From the NCBI RefSeq assembly GCF_018977255.1, contig NW_024704743.1, positions 6,574,001 through 6,638,000 of the forward strand: a DNA stretch of 64,000 bases, given 5' to 3'. Position numbers and translations under genes: made by a program. Numbering within the stretch: position 1 is the first letter of the stretch; each line of letters starts with the position of its first letter. Below are positions 13,559-26,282 of the stretch, in pieces. A model generated the notes under the pieces. That model worked only from the letters and a program-made list of their open reading frames with translations. It was not told the DNA's origin and made no database searches. The stretch comes from Callorhinchus milii (lineage: Eukaryota).

Positions 13559-13806
13559 GGAGTACTGTAGCTCAGTGGTTAGAGCACTCGCCTCGCAAGC
13601 GAGAGACCTGGGTTCGATTCCTGGCAGGGCGAAATGTTGGGCAAGTTTCCTGACTCCACACGCCTCTGTTTTCCAGGGCTAATCATTTCTTTCAAAAATT
13701 AATAGTAATAAATTGATCACATTAATCCATGACTGTTTGTGGGACACTGCTGTTTGCAATTGGCTGCCGCATTTCGCCCACAAAATATACAGTCAATTCA
13801 CTTTAA
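13559..13806 (+). mobile_element. tRNA-headed SINE, internally deleted and lacking the tail
   Basis: ggagtactgtagctcagtggttagagcactcgcctcgcaagcgagagacctgggttcgattcc followed by the body. Confidence 0.88.
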
Positions 13807-14884
13807 TGTGATTGAACATTGCCTAACCAATAAATGTATTGAACTCTTCTCAATTTATAAATCTACAGTGACCTCTCAGATCTGGACCTTGTTAAGAACA
13901 GTTTCCAGACTTCACCTGAAAGATACTATTAAGCCTTTAAACATGTTTTCTTTGCTGGGCAAATGTATCTATATTTCTTGAGAATGTTCTTTAGCAAGGT
14001 CTTAAGTACCTCAATCATCATTTTTCACAAACATTTTTATTTGACGGGGGATGGGGAGTGGAAATAGGAAGAATTGCTACAAATTTGTTTCTGTGAATGT
14101 TTGAGTACCTACACTTCTTATCAATCATGTCACCAGCCTTTTGTAAAGGGAGCAACGTTTGTTAAACACTGGGAGTTTAACACTTATAAAAGAATACAAG
14201 CAGTCCTAAAGTCCTACATATTCCTAAAGGTGTATTGATCACATTGCTATATTATTCGTTAGCATTTTATCAGGCTTTATTCATTTGGATTTAAATGAAG
14301 AAAAACAGTTTCAAAAAGAAGAGAAAAGTACTCTGCACAAAATTGAATTGACAGAAGCGGTTGAGCTATTTCATGTCTGGGAATAATCAAGTATAAAACA
14401 TGCAGACAACAGATTAATGTCCATCGGCCAATAAGAATGGAACAGTCTGAAATCAAATGTAGACATAACAGTGGAAGATGTGATCTTTATAACAATAAAC
14501 CTACAGTATTATGTAATTCAATCTTTTTGTGGGTCTTTATCCTTAAAAATTACTTGTAGTTATTGATAATTATAGTCTTGTGTTTGCTAATGGAAATGTG
14601 AAACACTACTTTAACCATTATGTAAACGCTATGACACAATTAGTCATATAATTGATAGATACTGACATTCAAAGCAGATATTTAACAGTTTTGAAGCTTA
14701 TCTGCTTCTATGCTACTCTTTGAAATTGTTCATTGGAAGAATTTATATTTTTATAGCAGGACCTAGCCAGGACCTACAATGGGACTTGAACTCACAACCT
14801 GCTGAAACAGGTAAGATGCTATCAATTTAACCCATACTGACACATACTAAAGCATACAGAAAGCTGATAATATACTAATATTCC

Positions 14885-15200
14885 AAAGCAATGCTGGGAG
14901 TGTGCCCCATAGATGGAGGTGCCGTCCTTCAGATGAGAAGTTAAATAAGGGCCCATCTGCCTATTCAGGTGAATGTTAAAGATTCCATGGCATTATTCAA
15001 AAAGAGAAGGGAGTTTCTCCCAGTGTCATTGCCAACAATCCCCTAGATAAAATTGGTCATTTACTTTATGTTTTTTTCTGGGACATTTCTGTGCACAAAT
15101 TGGCTGCGGCAATTGCCTACAAAATACACAGACCCTATACTTTATAGTACATCCTGTGAAGCTTCCTGAGACGTCTCGGCGACGTGATAAGACATTATGT
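14885..15200 (+). mobile_element. SacSINE1/DeuSINE-like SINE, 5'-truncated
   Basis: Deu-like core ggaggtgccgtccttcagatgagaagttaaa...gattccatggcattattc plus the 3' body. Confidence 0.8.
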
Positions 15201-15494
15201 GGGGGTGGGGGTTAAGATATTATGGGGGGTGGGGATAAGTGGGATACCCTTGGACCCTTGGACTTGGAAACGGAATGTTGGAATCCAGTCAACCCTTCAA
15301 GTCAATCTTGGTAGTCCAGTTCCTGAGCCAGGCAGGTCCACTGTACTCCGGCGCACTGCTTATCTTTCATGAAAGAAGGCTATTTGATTCATATTGTGCA
15401 TAATGGGACTAAAATGATTGCTCTTGGGGGAGACAGCACACACATGATGGGCCAAATATCCTGTTTCCATGCTGTAAATTTCTATGCTGCTTGC

Positions 15495-15575
15495 CACTGG
15501 GAACACTGTTTGGCAAACTCCCCGCTGCTTGTCTAGCCAGGACCACTCTAACCATAAGAGGTTTGGCTTGCAGTG
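15495..15575 (-). repeat. Copy of unclassified repeat (putative LINE 3'UTR family)
   Basis: Reverse complement ctgcaagccaaacc...agagtggtcctggctagacaagcagcggggagtttgcc matches 21361-21430 and 56622-56686. Confidence 0.65.
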
Positions 15576-16974
15576 TTACCAGGAGTCAAATGGGAAGAAT
15601 CCCTGGCACCAGAGATTGGTTTGGCTCTCCAAGTGCTACGGATGAATTAGGCTGAATGATCTGTCATCACCAGTGGCTTGGAAAACCATAGCTGGCTTAG
15701 GAACTGGACGACTATGACTGCCACAGATGATCTATTCAATTCCAATACTAAGCATGTCATCTTGGAGCAAGCTCATACCCAAGATGATCCTGCTTGTCTC
15801 CCCTTCAAAGAGAATAGTCACTGGTTGACCATTTGGCATGGACAAGTGGAAGTTTGAGCCCTTTCAAGGCAGAATGCAGGTACAATACAGATACTCTTTC
15901 TAAGAAGCACAACTTAGCATGAAATGAGTGAGAGCACTGCCACCATCCTGCTCACACCCTACTCCATTGATTGGTGTTCCTCTAACTGGAAGTGTAGAGC
16001 TTCAGTAGCAGCTATTTACCTCTTGACATACAATCAATCAAGGTTTTTAACCAAGATCTGGATATATGAGTGTATGTTCATGAACCAGGCAACACCTTTT
16101 AACAGTTGTCATCTCAAGCCCTAGAGTTTCTTCATCAGCTATTCAACAGACATCTGCCTATACAGGACAACCCATGAGTTAAATAAGAACTTTTTTATAT
16201 ATAATATAAAACATAAGCTAGTTGGAAAGGATCTTGTAAGGTAGATTATGCTTCAATTCAAAGAAAGAAGAAGACGGCAAATGAGCTAAGCAATCATTTT
16301 GCATTGAAATATCTTCCACATACTGGAAGAATCTGATCAGTAATTCCTGGGAGGAAAGGGAAGGCAGAAGTAAAACAATCACTTTCAGACAGGATAGGGC
16401 TGCCAAATTGTAGGTCACCTTGACTGCAAATAATAATGTGTGGTATAAAACATAGAGTTCTTCCAAGTAGCAGCCTTGTACATGCTGTTCTTATTAACCT
16501 TTTGCGTTCCGCCTTTAACATTGATGTAGATCTGGTGGAATGATCCTTAGCCTTAATCAAAGATTTCTTACCATGACAGCAACACAGAATATAGAATATA
16601 CAACTCGCAATTTTGTCAAATCTCAGTGGGGAAAAAAGGTTGAACCATATACACATGTCCCACATAAGCCATGAATAATTGCCTATTTTACAGACTTTCT
16701 TTTATTCTTTCTGCACAATTAGATATGCCATTTTTGCATCCACCAAGGGAACCTAAATTCAAAACCTAAACGAGGGGATGGTAATTTCCTGGTATAGATG
16801 GAAATCAAAAACCAAAGGAGAATAAGATCTGAGAATATCAGGTATGCCTGATCAGTTTCAGTGCCGGGTAACTCCTGACTCTAAGCTGAAACAGTGCTAC
16901 CAAGAGAACATTACCATGCAAGAGACAAAAGTTCACAAGAGTATAAAGGGTCAAAATGAGATTGCAAACATTTA

Positions 16975-17344
16975 AGAAGAAGAAAAATCCTTGCAATTGA
17001 TATAGCTCCTCATCACATAGTTGAGATATCCCAAAGCGTTTCACAGAATATACTAGAAAGTGAATTGGCTGTATATTTTGCGGTGAAACATGCCAGCCAA
17101 TTGCCACAGAAATGTTCCACAAACAGTTGTGGATTGAATCACCAAATTATTATTTTTTTGAAAGGATTATTACCCCCAGAAAGCAATGCACCAATCTACT
17201 AACAACTGTATTCCTACTTACCTCTAGGCAAATAGAGGCGTGTGGAGTAATGAAACTTGGCTAAGGTTTCGCCCTGCTTGGGAATCAAACCCAGATCTTT
17301 TCACTTGCAAGGCGAGTGCTCTAACCAATATGCTACAGGATTTC
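16975..17344 (-). mobile_element. tRNA-headed SINE, long form
   Basis: Head, body and tail all present on the minus strand. Confidence 0.88.
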
Positions 17345-19243
17345 ACAATTTAGAGTAGTGAAATGTTCTAATGACAAATTGACCGTAAAGAAACCTTTCC
17401 CCAAGAGGTTTGTTTTAAGAAGAGACTTTGAAAGAAAGATGTAGTATGAAGTCCAGGTGCTGGAGATTCATTCAACAATGACTATGAAAGTTAAAAGTCC
17501 CAACGCAGGACCTGAACTTCACAACCTCAGAGGTGAAGCTGCTACCAACAGAGCCAGGCTGTCGCACAAGGAGCTATAGGAAACATGGGAAGTTGAGGTA
17601 GTTGAGCCAGCATTGCAGGAGCAATCATGGTATGAAATTTCTGTTTAGATGTACTCGATGAGAAAAGAGCCAGACTAACATTTGGGGTTTGCTCCAGACA
17701 ACTAAGCTACAGTAGGAGGAGCAACTTGTCACTTTTGATAATATTAGGAGTGACAAAAAGAAGGTAGTACTGATATACCACACTAAAGACTACATCCCAT
17801 AACATCTCAAAAACATTGTTTGAAGTCCAGGATTTCAACATAGGTAAGGCTGAGGTTCTGGAGAGACTCAAAGGCATAAAACCTATACAGCACTGTCAAA
17901 TTTGGCACTGAGAAATTTGGTTTCTCTTTCTTTAGTCAAGCTATCAAAGGGAAACCCACTGGATTCAGAAAGAAAATGTGACCCTCTAAGATGAAAAGAT
18001 AGTTATTTTGGGGATAGTGGAAATGTGCCAATAGTCTATTGGTGAAGAATAACTCCCTGAACATACAAGGCTAAAAATGCATCAGAGGAAGCAATGTTGA
18101 TTTTTGCAATACTCTCAAAATGAAAGTATAGAGAGAGAATAGTTATACGAACTTGTGTTCCCATGAGAATGACAGACCTTTGATTTTTTTAAAATTAAAT
18201 TGAAATAGAAACACTTTGAGATGTCTCAATGACACAATAAGGTGCTATATCAAATATTAAAATTATTATTGAGTATCAATACTAATCTGGCTCTGATCCT
18301 TGGATTAGCTATTGTTCACACCTGCAAATAGATCTACTTCTGCGTGACCCCATTTTATTTCCTGTTGATTTACCCATTCAGTGATCGATTTAGGATTGGC
18401 TGTTACATTGTTCACATCAGCCAAATGTTGATTCAGAGAGCGACAGGTTAGTATTAAAAGGATACTATGATGTAGAGAGTGCAAAAAATGTGTTGGGAGT
18501 GATACAAATACCAGAGCTTTCCAAAAAACAGACATTAATAAAAATCAGGTTTCACTTTGTCTCCAAATAATTTATTGGTGTCAAAATCAAAACCTTGAGA
18601 AATTCTAAGAATTTGGTTCTTGAAGTCTATAACTTTGGTAAACTCTCAAACTGTGATGGACATGTGTTGTAAGTCATGTACTCATAGATGGGCTATGGCA
18701 ATGGAAAAATATTTTATATAGCCTGGAGAGAAATAAAAAGCTGAAAAGCCTTGCAGTTGTAATTCCCTCTCTAAAAAAGAAACCACAGGAGCATCCAATG
18801 TTCTGGGCAAATTACTTCAAGGAATACTATTGTTCTGCATTTGACTGTATTATATCCAGCCAATCAATGACTGCCTGAATGATTTACAGCAGAGTGACCA
18901 TGTTACATTGCTTGAGGAGGTGGTGCTGGTAGAAGATACATTCCTTATTTATTCATGGAACAACAAAGTAAGTTATTTTTCTGTCCTCCTGGAAACTCAT
19001 CAAATGGCACTGGAGTACAGTCCATGGGTGTCAGTTTGTTTCACATAATAGCTGTCTTAGAAAATCTGAGTTAGAAAGGCTTGCTGTAATTTGAAAGTAG
19101 GATGCCAGAAAGATCATATAATGTTTTTTTCTTGATGGGACTTTGTTTTGTTCTTATGGGGTAAATTACTGGCTTTATTCCAATTTCAGCACAATAGTTG
19201 GACATGAGCAGTGATCGACTGGCTTATATCATCATACTGGCTC

Positions 19244-19790
19244 ATCATAGAATCAATCAGCACAGAAGGAAGCCATTCGGCACATTATGTCCGTGCCGGC
19301 TCTTTGAAGGAGTTATCCAAGTTAATTCCACTCCCCTGTTCTCTCCCCATAATCCTGCAAATGTGCCCTCCCAAATATCTATCTACTTCTCCTTTGAAAG
19401 TTGTTATCAAATCAGCTTCCACCACCCTATCAGGCAGTGCATTCCAGATCCAAACAACTCGCTGTGTGAAAACATTTCTCCTCACCTCCCCTCTGGTTCT
19501 TTTGGTAACTATTTTAAATCTATGTCCTCTGGTTACCGACACACCTGCCAGGGGAAATAGGTTCTCCCTGTTCACCCTATCAAATTCCCTCATAATTTTT
19601 AACACCTTTATTAAATCTCACCTTCTCTGCTCCAAGGAGAATAATCCTAGCTTCTCTAGCCTCTCCTCATAAATGAAGTCCCTCATTCCCGGTACCATCC
19701 TGGTAAATCTCCTTTGCACCCTCTCCAAGGCCTTGGTGCCCAGAACTGAACACAGTCTCTAGCTGAGGCCTAACCAATATTTTATAAAGG
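19244..19790 (-). mobile_element. CR1 LINE 3' fragment
   Basis: ORF 19285..19605 (KIMREFDRVNRENLFP...TRGHRFKI...RRNVFTQRVVWIWNALP) plus an ATTCTATG-type tail. Confidence 0.92.
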
Positions 19791-19799
19791 ACTTGGGAG

Positions 19800-20075
19800 G
19801 GCAAACCAGTCAGTGGGAGCAGCGAATCATCCTAATCAGATCATTTTAACCATAGCTGAACAAGCAGCAAGTGATATTAATGGCAAGATATGTGGTTTTA
19901 GCTGGTTTGACTCCAGCAGTACCCCAACGCATACCTGGGGTCCCCAAGCTAACAATTTCAAGTATTAGTTAAGCAGGATACATTCCTCCAGGTAAGATAC
20001 AATCTATCTCTGGAGTGTCCCTGTGTAGGTGGGATGCATGGAATTCTGTGTCAAACACCCAGCTGACAAAAAATA
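19800..20075 (+). repeat. Copy of unclassified repeat (putative LINE 3'UTR family)
   Basis: gactccagcagtaccccaacgcatacctggggtccccaagc...gtgtcaaacacccagctgacaaaaaat. Confidence 0.75.
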
Positions 20076-20114
20076 TCATGCTGTCAATATTCTGGCCACT
20101 TCCCATGCAAAATC

Positions 20115-20285
20115 TATCTATCTTCAAGACTGAGATAGATTTCTTATTGCAAAAGGGATTAAGGGATATGGGGATAAGGCAGGGTTAGGTTATTAGCTGG
20201 AGTTAGATTAGAAGATCAGCCATGATTGAATGGCAGGGCAGGCTCGAAGGGTCGAATGGCCTACTCCTGCTCCTACATGTTATGT
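20115..20285 (+). mobile_element. CR1 3' end fragment
   Basis: ttcaagactgagatagat...gatcagccatgattgaatggcagggcaggctcgaagggtcgaatggcctactcctgctcct. Confidence 0.8.
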
Positions 20286-20527
20286 TAAAATATGAATGAG
20301 TCACCTTATTTATTTCATCATTGGCTTATAATGTATAAAGTTGCATTCTATTCGAAAGGGCTCGGGATTGTCATATTAAATGGACATGATGATTCATGGG
20401 GGGCACCAAAATTAATTCGGACAAGTATGGCCGGGATAACCTACACCAGAGGGAGCAGCTGTGAGTTTATTTGTTAAAACTCGTTTATTAAAACTTCCTG
20501 CAGCTGAATGTTGATAATATAAAAGTC

Positions 20528-21260
20528 ATACTCCTTGGCTCCCATCAACATGTCCTGCGACTCTGACCTCCTCAATCTCCCTGGCCTTTCCCTAAGATTT
20601 ACTGAACCTGTGGTAGCAAAGGTGTCAGGCTCGACCCCATCTGTTCTTCCTACTCCACACCCAGTTTCTGACCAGGACCTCTTTCTCCATCTCCGTCACA
20701 TTGCCTGGCGCTGACCGTACCTCACCCGCAATGCAGCTCATCCATGTTTTCATCATCTCCCGCCTCAACTGTTCCAATGCCCTCCTCGCCAGTCTCCTCA
20801 GCTCTCTATCCACAAAATCCAACTAATTCAGAACTCCGCTGGATACTAATCTACTCTAAACTTTGTATCCCCATCACACCAGTTGTTGCCAAGCTCCACT
20901 GACTCCCTATCATAGAACAGATCATCTTCAAGATCCTCACACTTATCACACTTCATGCCCTGGACCTCCCTACCTCTACAATATGCTTATTCCACATTCC
21001 ACTACCTGCTGCCTCCGCTTGGCTGGCTCCAGCCTCCTGCTTGTCCCCAGTCCAAAACTTTGGAACTCTCTTCCTCATTCCCTCCGACATGCCCCCTCCT
21101 TCCACATTTTCAGATTACACTGGAAGACCTTCCACTTCGACACTGCTCTCAGTCACCTCCTCCTCACCCCGGCTCGTTGTCAGGCTTTGCCATTGTTAAG
21201 CACTATGAGACGTTACCCTGTGTGAATGGTGTTATATAAATGTAACTTATTTTGTTGTTT
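20528..21260 (+). mobile_element. L2 LINE 3' fragment
   Basis: ORF 20863..21225 includes KLWNSLPHSLRHAPSFHIFRLHWKTFHFD; L2-type tail near 21240-21260. Confidence 0.85.
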
Positions 21261-21339
21261 AAGTTAAGTACACCATAAGTATAAGTTATGGTGTACATAA
21301 GTGTATGTATAAGCTATGTGTTATACTGGGGCCAGGGAC

Positions 21340-21752
21340 TGACTTAGCTCCCATTAAATCCAGCAAGCCAAAGCCCCAACTTGTCCAGATAGTTGGTCCT
21401 AGTTGGACAAGCAGTGGGAAAGCTTGCCAGAGTTTTATGCATCCCAACAATACATGGAATTCCAGGATAGATAGTTGGAATGGAATGCCCACTCTAGTGT
21501 TATGCCGTTTCAGCTGGTTAGACTCCAGCAATACCCAAACACATGCTCTGGGGTCCCCAAGCCTTGGCTTTTGCCAACCTGTGCCTAATAATTTATGGCA
21601 TTAGGTGATCAGAATATACACAGAAAGAGTGTGCATTCCATTCCCTGTAATTTCCATGTATTGTTGGGATACGTGAAACTCTGTTTGGTTTAGACACTCT
21701 TAAGCATGTTGATGGGTTTCTGCATGTGTCAGACACCCAGCTGACCAAAAGA
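21340..21752 (+). repeat. Most complete uninterrupted copy of unclassified repeat (putative LINE 3'UTR family)
   Basis: caagccaaagcc...gactccagcaatacccaaac...ggggtccccaagccttggcttttgccaacc...ctcttaagcatgttgatggg...gtgtcagacacccagctgaccaaaag. Confidence 0.8.
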
Positions 21753-21979
21753 AAACTTATCACAGAATGATGTTTGAAAAAAAGGAAACAATATGTCAAG
21801 CAGTTAATACACTTGCTTTATAAAATATATTAACAGATATGGAGAGTGAGCCAGGAGAGTGGGCAACGATTAGGTAGTTCATGTGGAGAAAAACATTGCA
21901 GACTTGATGGGTTAAACAGCATGCTTTTGTGCTATATTACTTTGAAATTCTATGATTCTAAGAAAAGAAGGAAGAGTCA

Positions 21980-22112
21980 TGTAGAATCAGAATGATACAG
22001 TACAGAAGAAGGCCATTCGGCACATCGTGGCTGTGCCGGCTCTTTGAAAGAGCTGTCCGAGTTAATCCCATTCCCTAGCTCTCTCCTCATAGTCTTGCAA
22101 ATTTGTCCTCCC
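21980..22112 (-). mobile_element. CR1 3' tail fragment
   Basis: tagaatc...acagaagaaggccattcggcacatcgtggctgtgccggctctttgaaagagc, same family as the 19244 copy. Confidence 0.8.
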
Positions 22113-22258
22113 ATGTAGGTGACCAAAAAAAGGATATTTCCATCCATCTATTCCTTCATCATGGCTCATTGGCTATTTGATTTCCTTTCTTCCCAAATAC
22201 CAGCATCCAGTCTCTGCTTCATACAGAGCCCAACAGCATTGATACATGTGACAGTTTG

Positions 22259-22453
22259 GGTAATAATAATCCCTCCAAAATAAAACAATAATAAATTGGT
22301 CATTTTCAATCTACGACTGTTTGTGGGACATTGCTGTGCGCAATTGGCTGCCGCGTTCGCCCACAAATATACAGTCAATTCACTTTACAGTCTATTCTGT
22401 GAAGCGCTTTGAGACGTCCTCCCGACGTGAAAAGCGCTATATCAAATGCAAGG

Positions 22454-22490
<37 letters not shown>
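22259..22490 (+). mobile_element. SINE 3' half with long (TTA)n tail
   Basis: Body plus gtgaagcgctttgagacgtcctcccgacgtgaaaagcgctatatcaaatgcaagga(tta)n. Confidence 0.9.
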
Positions 22491-22491
<1 letters not shown>

Positions 22492-24744
22492 GTCTCAATG
22501 TTAAAGCTTGATTATTTCTTATAAACCTGCTTATGGATGGTATTGGATAAACAAATTGAAAAACATTTTTGGAAAGGAAATTAAGACTGTAAATTAAATC
22601 AGGGATGCTGCAGAGAATATTGTAATAGGTCTGTGATGAATTCTGGAAGAATAAATTATTTAATGTTTCTTTACTTAACAAAAATCAAATAAAAACGACA
22701 AATAACACCAATAATAAAATCATCAAACTGTAAACAACTAAGTGTTCCATTTTAGTCTTTTAACGCAAGGAATTTGATTGCAGAGTTAATCTCCGTCACC
22801 AATTAATTAGAAATTACATTCCTACCAATCAACCTTGATCTAATCCTGGGCATGTTGAACAACATTGACTCACAAATGATCAGACAGATAACCTTGGACA
22901 TAACAAAACCAATGAAAACAAAATGCTCCATCAGACAGATGAACCACATCCGTGTTCCAGGGCAAATTTCCACATTGGAGGTCAACATTTGGCAGAGGGG
23001 CTGCCAAACCTTGACAGGGGAGGTGAAAATCCAAGTTTTTCTACACTCCTACCCATCACTCGCATGCCTAGTCATGCCAAAACACTAGGGACCAGTGTTA
23101 GACTGGCGTCTCCAGCACTTCAGAAAAGGAGACTAAGTCTGGAAAAACTTCTCTTGTTGCAACTCAAAAGTAAATATGATTTTCTCTGAACGGGCATTTG
23201 TCCAGAGCATCTGGTCCCAAGCAAATTTCAATGGCAGCCCTGCAGAAGCATTGGTCTAATGTGACAATATTCACTACATGTTCTGTTTACGGTACATAGT
23301 GATGTTCAAGCCAAAAATACTGTTTTGCTGATAACTGTAACATAGCCTTGAGCTATATGTGTCAACTATCTAGTTGGCTGAAAATGAAAATCTTAAGGGA
23401 CCCATCATTTAAAAAAAANTCCTAAAAGGGAAATGCAACCCAATTCTGTACAAAAAGTAACTTGCTGTTTATTTCCTCATCTCATAATATTGAACATATG
23501 CTGATGAATCAGAAAATTACAATAAAATTACACAGTATAACCAGCATGACAAAGTGTTCCCAGATGTAGGTATTACCATGCAAAGTGGGTTTGTGACAAG
23601 TTGGTGATAATAGACACGCACAGCCTAACCACAAGATTCAAGAAGTGCAGGAAAAGGTTAATCAAGGCTCATATGTATGCTTTTTAAGAATGCAAGACAC
23701 GAACTTGGAAACAAGTGTAAATACATGGCATTGAAGTAATACTACAAGCAATTTCCATAAATGGAGAATTACAATAATTATAGGATGTGAGCAAAATAAG
23801 TCTTGCAAGTTTTTGTCTCAGTCCAACATGCATACTTCATTTCTGGACATTCTCAAATAAATAGTAGACATAAATGCATCCCAACAGGAACAAGTTGAAA
23901 ATAATTTGATGGTGACAGCAGTATTGCCAATACACAAGTAACGTGCAGAAATATTACCAAAAGACAAGCAGTTTCTTAAAGAAACAACAAATATAATGTA
24001 TGTTTCAATCTACATTACTCCAAAATTTTCCTGTAATTTGAATTAAAAACTTCTATTTCTACATCCAATGTTGAGATTGATCCATAAAGAAAAAGATTGA
24101 TTTTGTTTTTTAACCTAAATTTAAGTGTTTTATATTATTAATTGAGTCTCGCTAACATCTGTTTTCAGTACAAAATGTTGTTTTCATACTATCTTTAATA
24201 ATACTACTAATAATCCTTATTATAGCGCCTTTTATGTCAGGAGAACATGTCAAAGTGCTTCACAGGATATATTGTAAAGTAAAGTGACTGTGTGTTTTTG
24301 TGGACGAACGTGAGAAAAGCAAGCTTTACATAATTTTTAAATTCAAATTACAACAAGTGATTCCTAATCTGAATACGAATATCCCCTGCACAGCACTGAG
24401 GCAACATTCTTTAAATTTTAATAAAATCACCAACAGAATTTTTTTTTCACAAATATGCTTTTAAAAAATAACTTATCTGCTGTGTAAATATTGGGGGAAG
24501 AGAAGTGAAAATAACCACTTTTACCAAGTCCAAATATCCAAGTATTATTTACTGTGAAGCACATTTTCACTCTACTTCATTCTTACTAAAATGATCTTCC
24601 AACATCTTGTAAATTATATTAAAAAACATACTTTTAACACAGTTTATTGGCTGAATACCTGTCATAAAATCGTAAGGTTGCTGTTACTGGTCAGTGTCCT
24701 GGCCTCATCCATCCTTCCTGGCACCTTTTCCAGTCGTTTTTCGT

Positions 24745-24945
24745 AATAAAAAAATCCCTTGCATTTGATATAGCGCCTTATTACATCTTCGAGACATCTC
24801 AAAGAGCTTCACCGAATATACTGTAAGTGAATTGACTGTATATTCGTGGGCAAAACACGGCAGCCAATTGCACACAGCAGTGTCCCACAAACAGTCGTGG
24901 ATTGAGTGACCAAATTATTTTTTTTGAAGGGATTATTATTCCCTG
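24745..24945 (-). mobile_element. SINE 3' half
   Basis: Tail and body on the minus strand. Confidence 0.88.
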
Positions 24946-25047
24946 TTGGGATGTAGGGGATCTGCAACTCCCAAGTTAACTCATAATTATAACATAACCA
25001 AGTCCGACATTTGCTTCGATCACTAAAAAAGCTTGGAGCTTTCTCTA

Positions 25048-25364
25048 AATAATAATAATAATAATAATAATAATCCTTGCATTTGATACATCTTCTAGAC
25101 GTCCCAAAGAGCTTCACAGAATATACTGTAAAGTGAATTGACTGTATATTTGTGGGCGAACGTGGCAGCTAATTGCGCACAGCAGTGTCCCACAAACAGT
25201 CATGGATTGAAAATGACCAATTTATTATTGATTTTTTTTTGGAGGGATTATTATTAGGCGTGTGGAGTAAGGAAACTTGCCCAAGGTTTCACCCTCTGCC
25301 TGGAATTGAACTCAGGTCTCTCACTTGGAAAGTGAGTGCTCTAACCACTGAGTTACAGGACTCC
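25048..25364 (-). mobile_element. tRNA-headed SINE, short (internal deletion) subfamily
   Basis: (aat)n tail, body, junction ggagggattattattaggcgtgtggag, and head ending acaggactcc. Confidence 0.9.
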
Positions 25365-25977
25365 ACCTGAACTACAGGACTCCACTGAGCCAAATAAGTG
25401 GCATCCTGACACCAGGAATTATCAGCTCCAGGTCTGAGAAGGTCAGCACTGACACCCCTTGAAATCCAACATGTTCTCAGTCAAGTGTGAGGCCAGACTG
25501 GGAACTGATAATAATAATAATAATTAATAACAATAATCCCTACATTTGATAAAGAGCCTTTCACATCAGGAGGACTCCTAAAAGCACTTCACAGAATTTA
25601 TTGTAAAGTGTAGTGACTGTATTTTGTAGACAAATGTGAAATTTATCAAAATTCTCCCCCCCAAAAAAATTACATTTAATTTATTATTATTATTAATTAT
25701 CCTCTAGGTAAAGAAAAACTTCCTTGTGTCTGTCTGGAAATTGCCCTTTGTAACTCCAAATCTATGTTCTCTTGTTCGACTGCGTTCGTGCATCCTAAAG
25801 TATTGTTCTGCATTTCCATTTTCAATCCCATTTAATATTTTTATTCACCTGTATCAAATCCCCTCTGAGATATCTCTCAGCAATCACAATCATTAAACTC
25901 TGTTAAAATATGTGTATTTAAAATGGCTTTATCTCCTTTAGTTTGGAAATATCCTGCAGTTTTCCAATCCAATAAAT

Positions 25978-26236
25978 ACAATAATAATAATACTTGCATT
26001 TGATATAGCACCTTATCACGTTGTTGAGACGTCCCAAAGCACTTCACAGAATACAATCTATAGCGCAGTGACTGTGTTTTTGTGGCCGAAATGTGGCAGC
26101 CAATTGCGCACATCAGTATCCCACAAAGAGTCATGGATTGAGAGACCAAATTATTGTTTATTATTATTATTTTGGAGGGATATTACTCCCAGAAAGCGAT
26201 CCGCCAATCAACTAACAAGAGGGTTTCTACTTACCG
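25978..26236 (-). mobile_element. SINE lacking the tRNA head
   Basis: Tail and body present up to ...ccgccaatcaactaacaag. Confidence 0.85.
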
Positions 26237-26282
26237 CTGAAAACAGTAAAGAAAAGTGTATAATGTTTCGCCCACAAAATGC

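Noticed and set aside
13559..13630. tRNA-Ala(CGC)-like sequence, also at ~680, ~17270, ~25300, ~40290, ~45540, ~63080 and ~63450
   Set aside because: There is no proper acceptor stem and each copy continues into a SINE body, so these are SINE heads rather than tRNA genes.
23419..23419. Ambiguous base n (another at 37197)
   Set aside because: Both sit at homopolymer edges; assembly uncertainty rather than biology.
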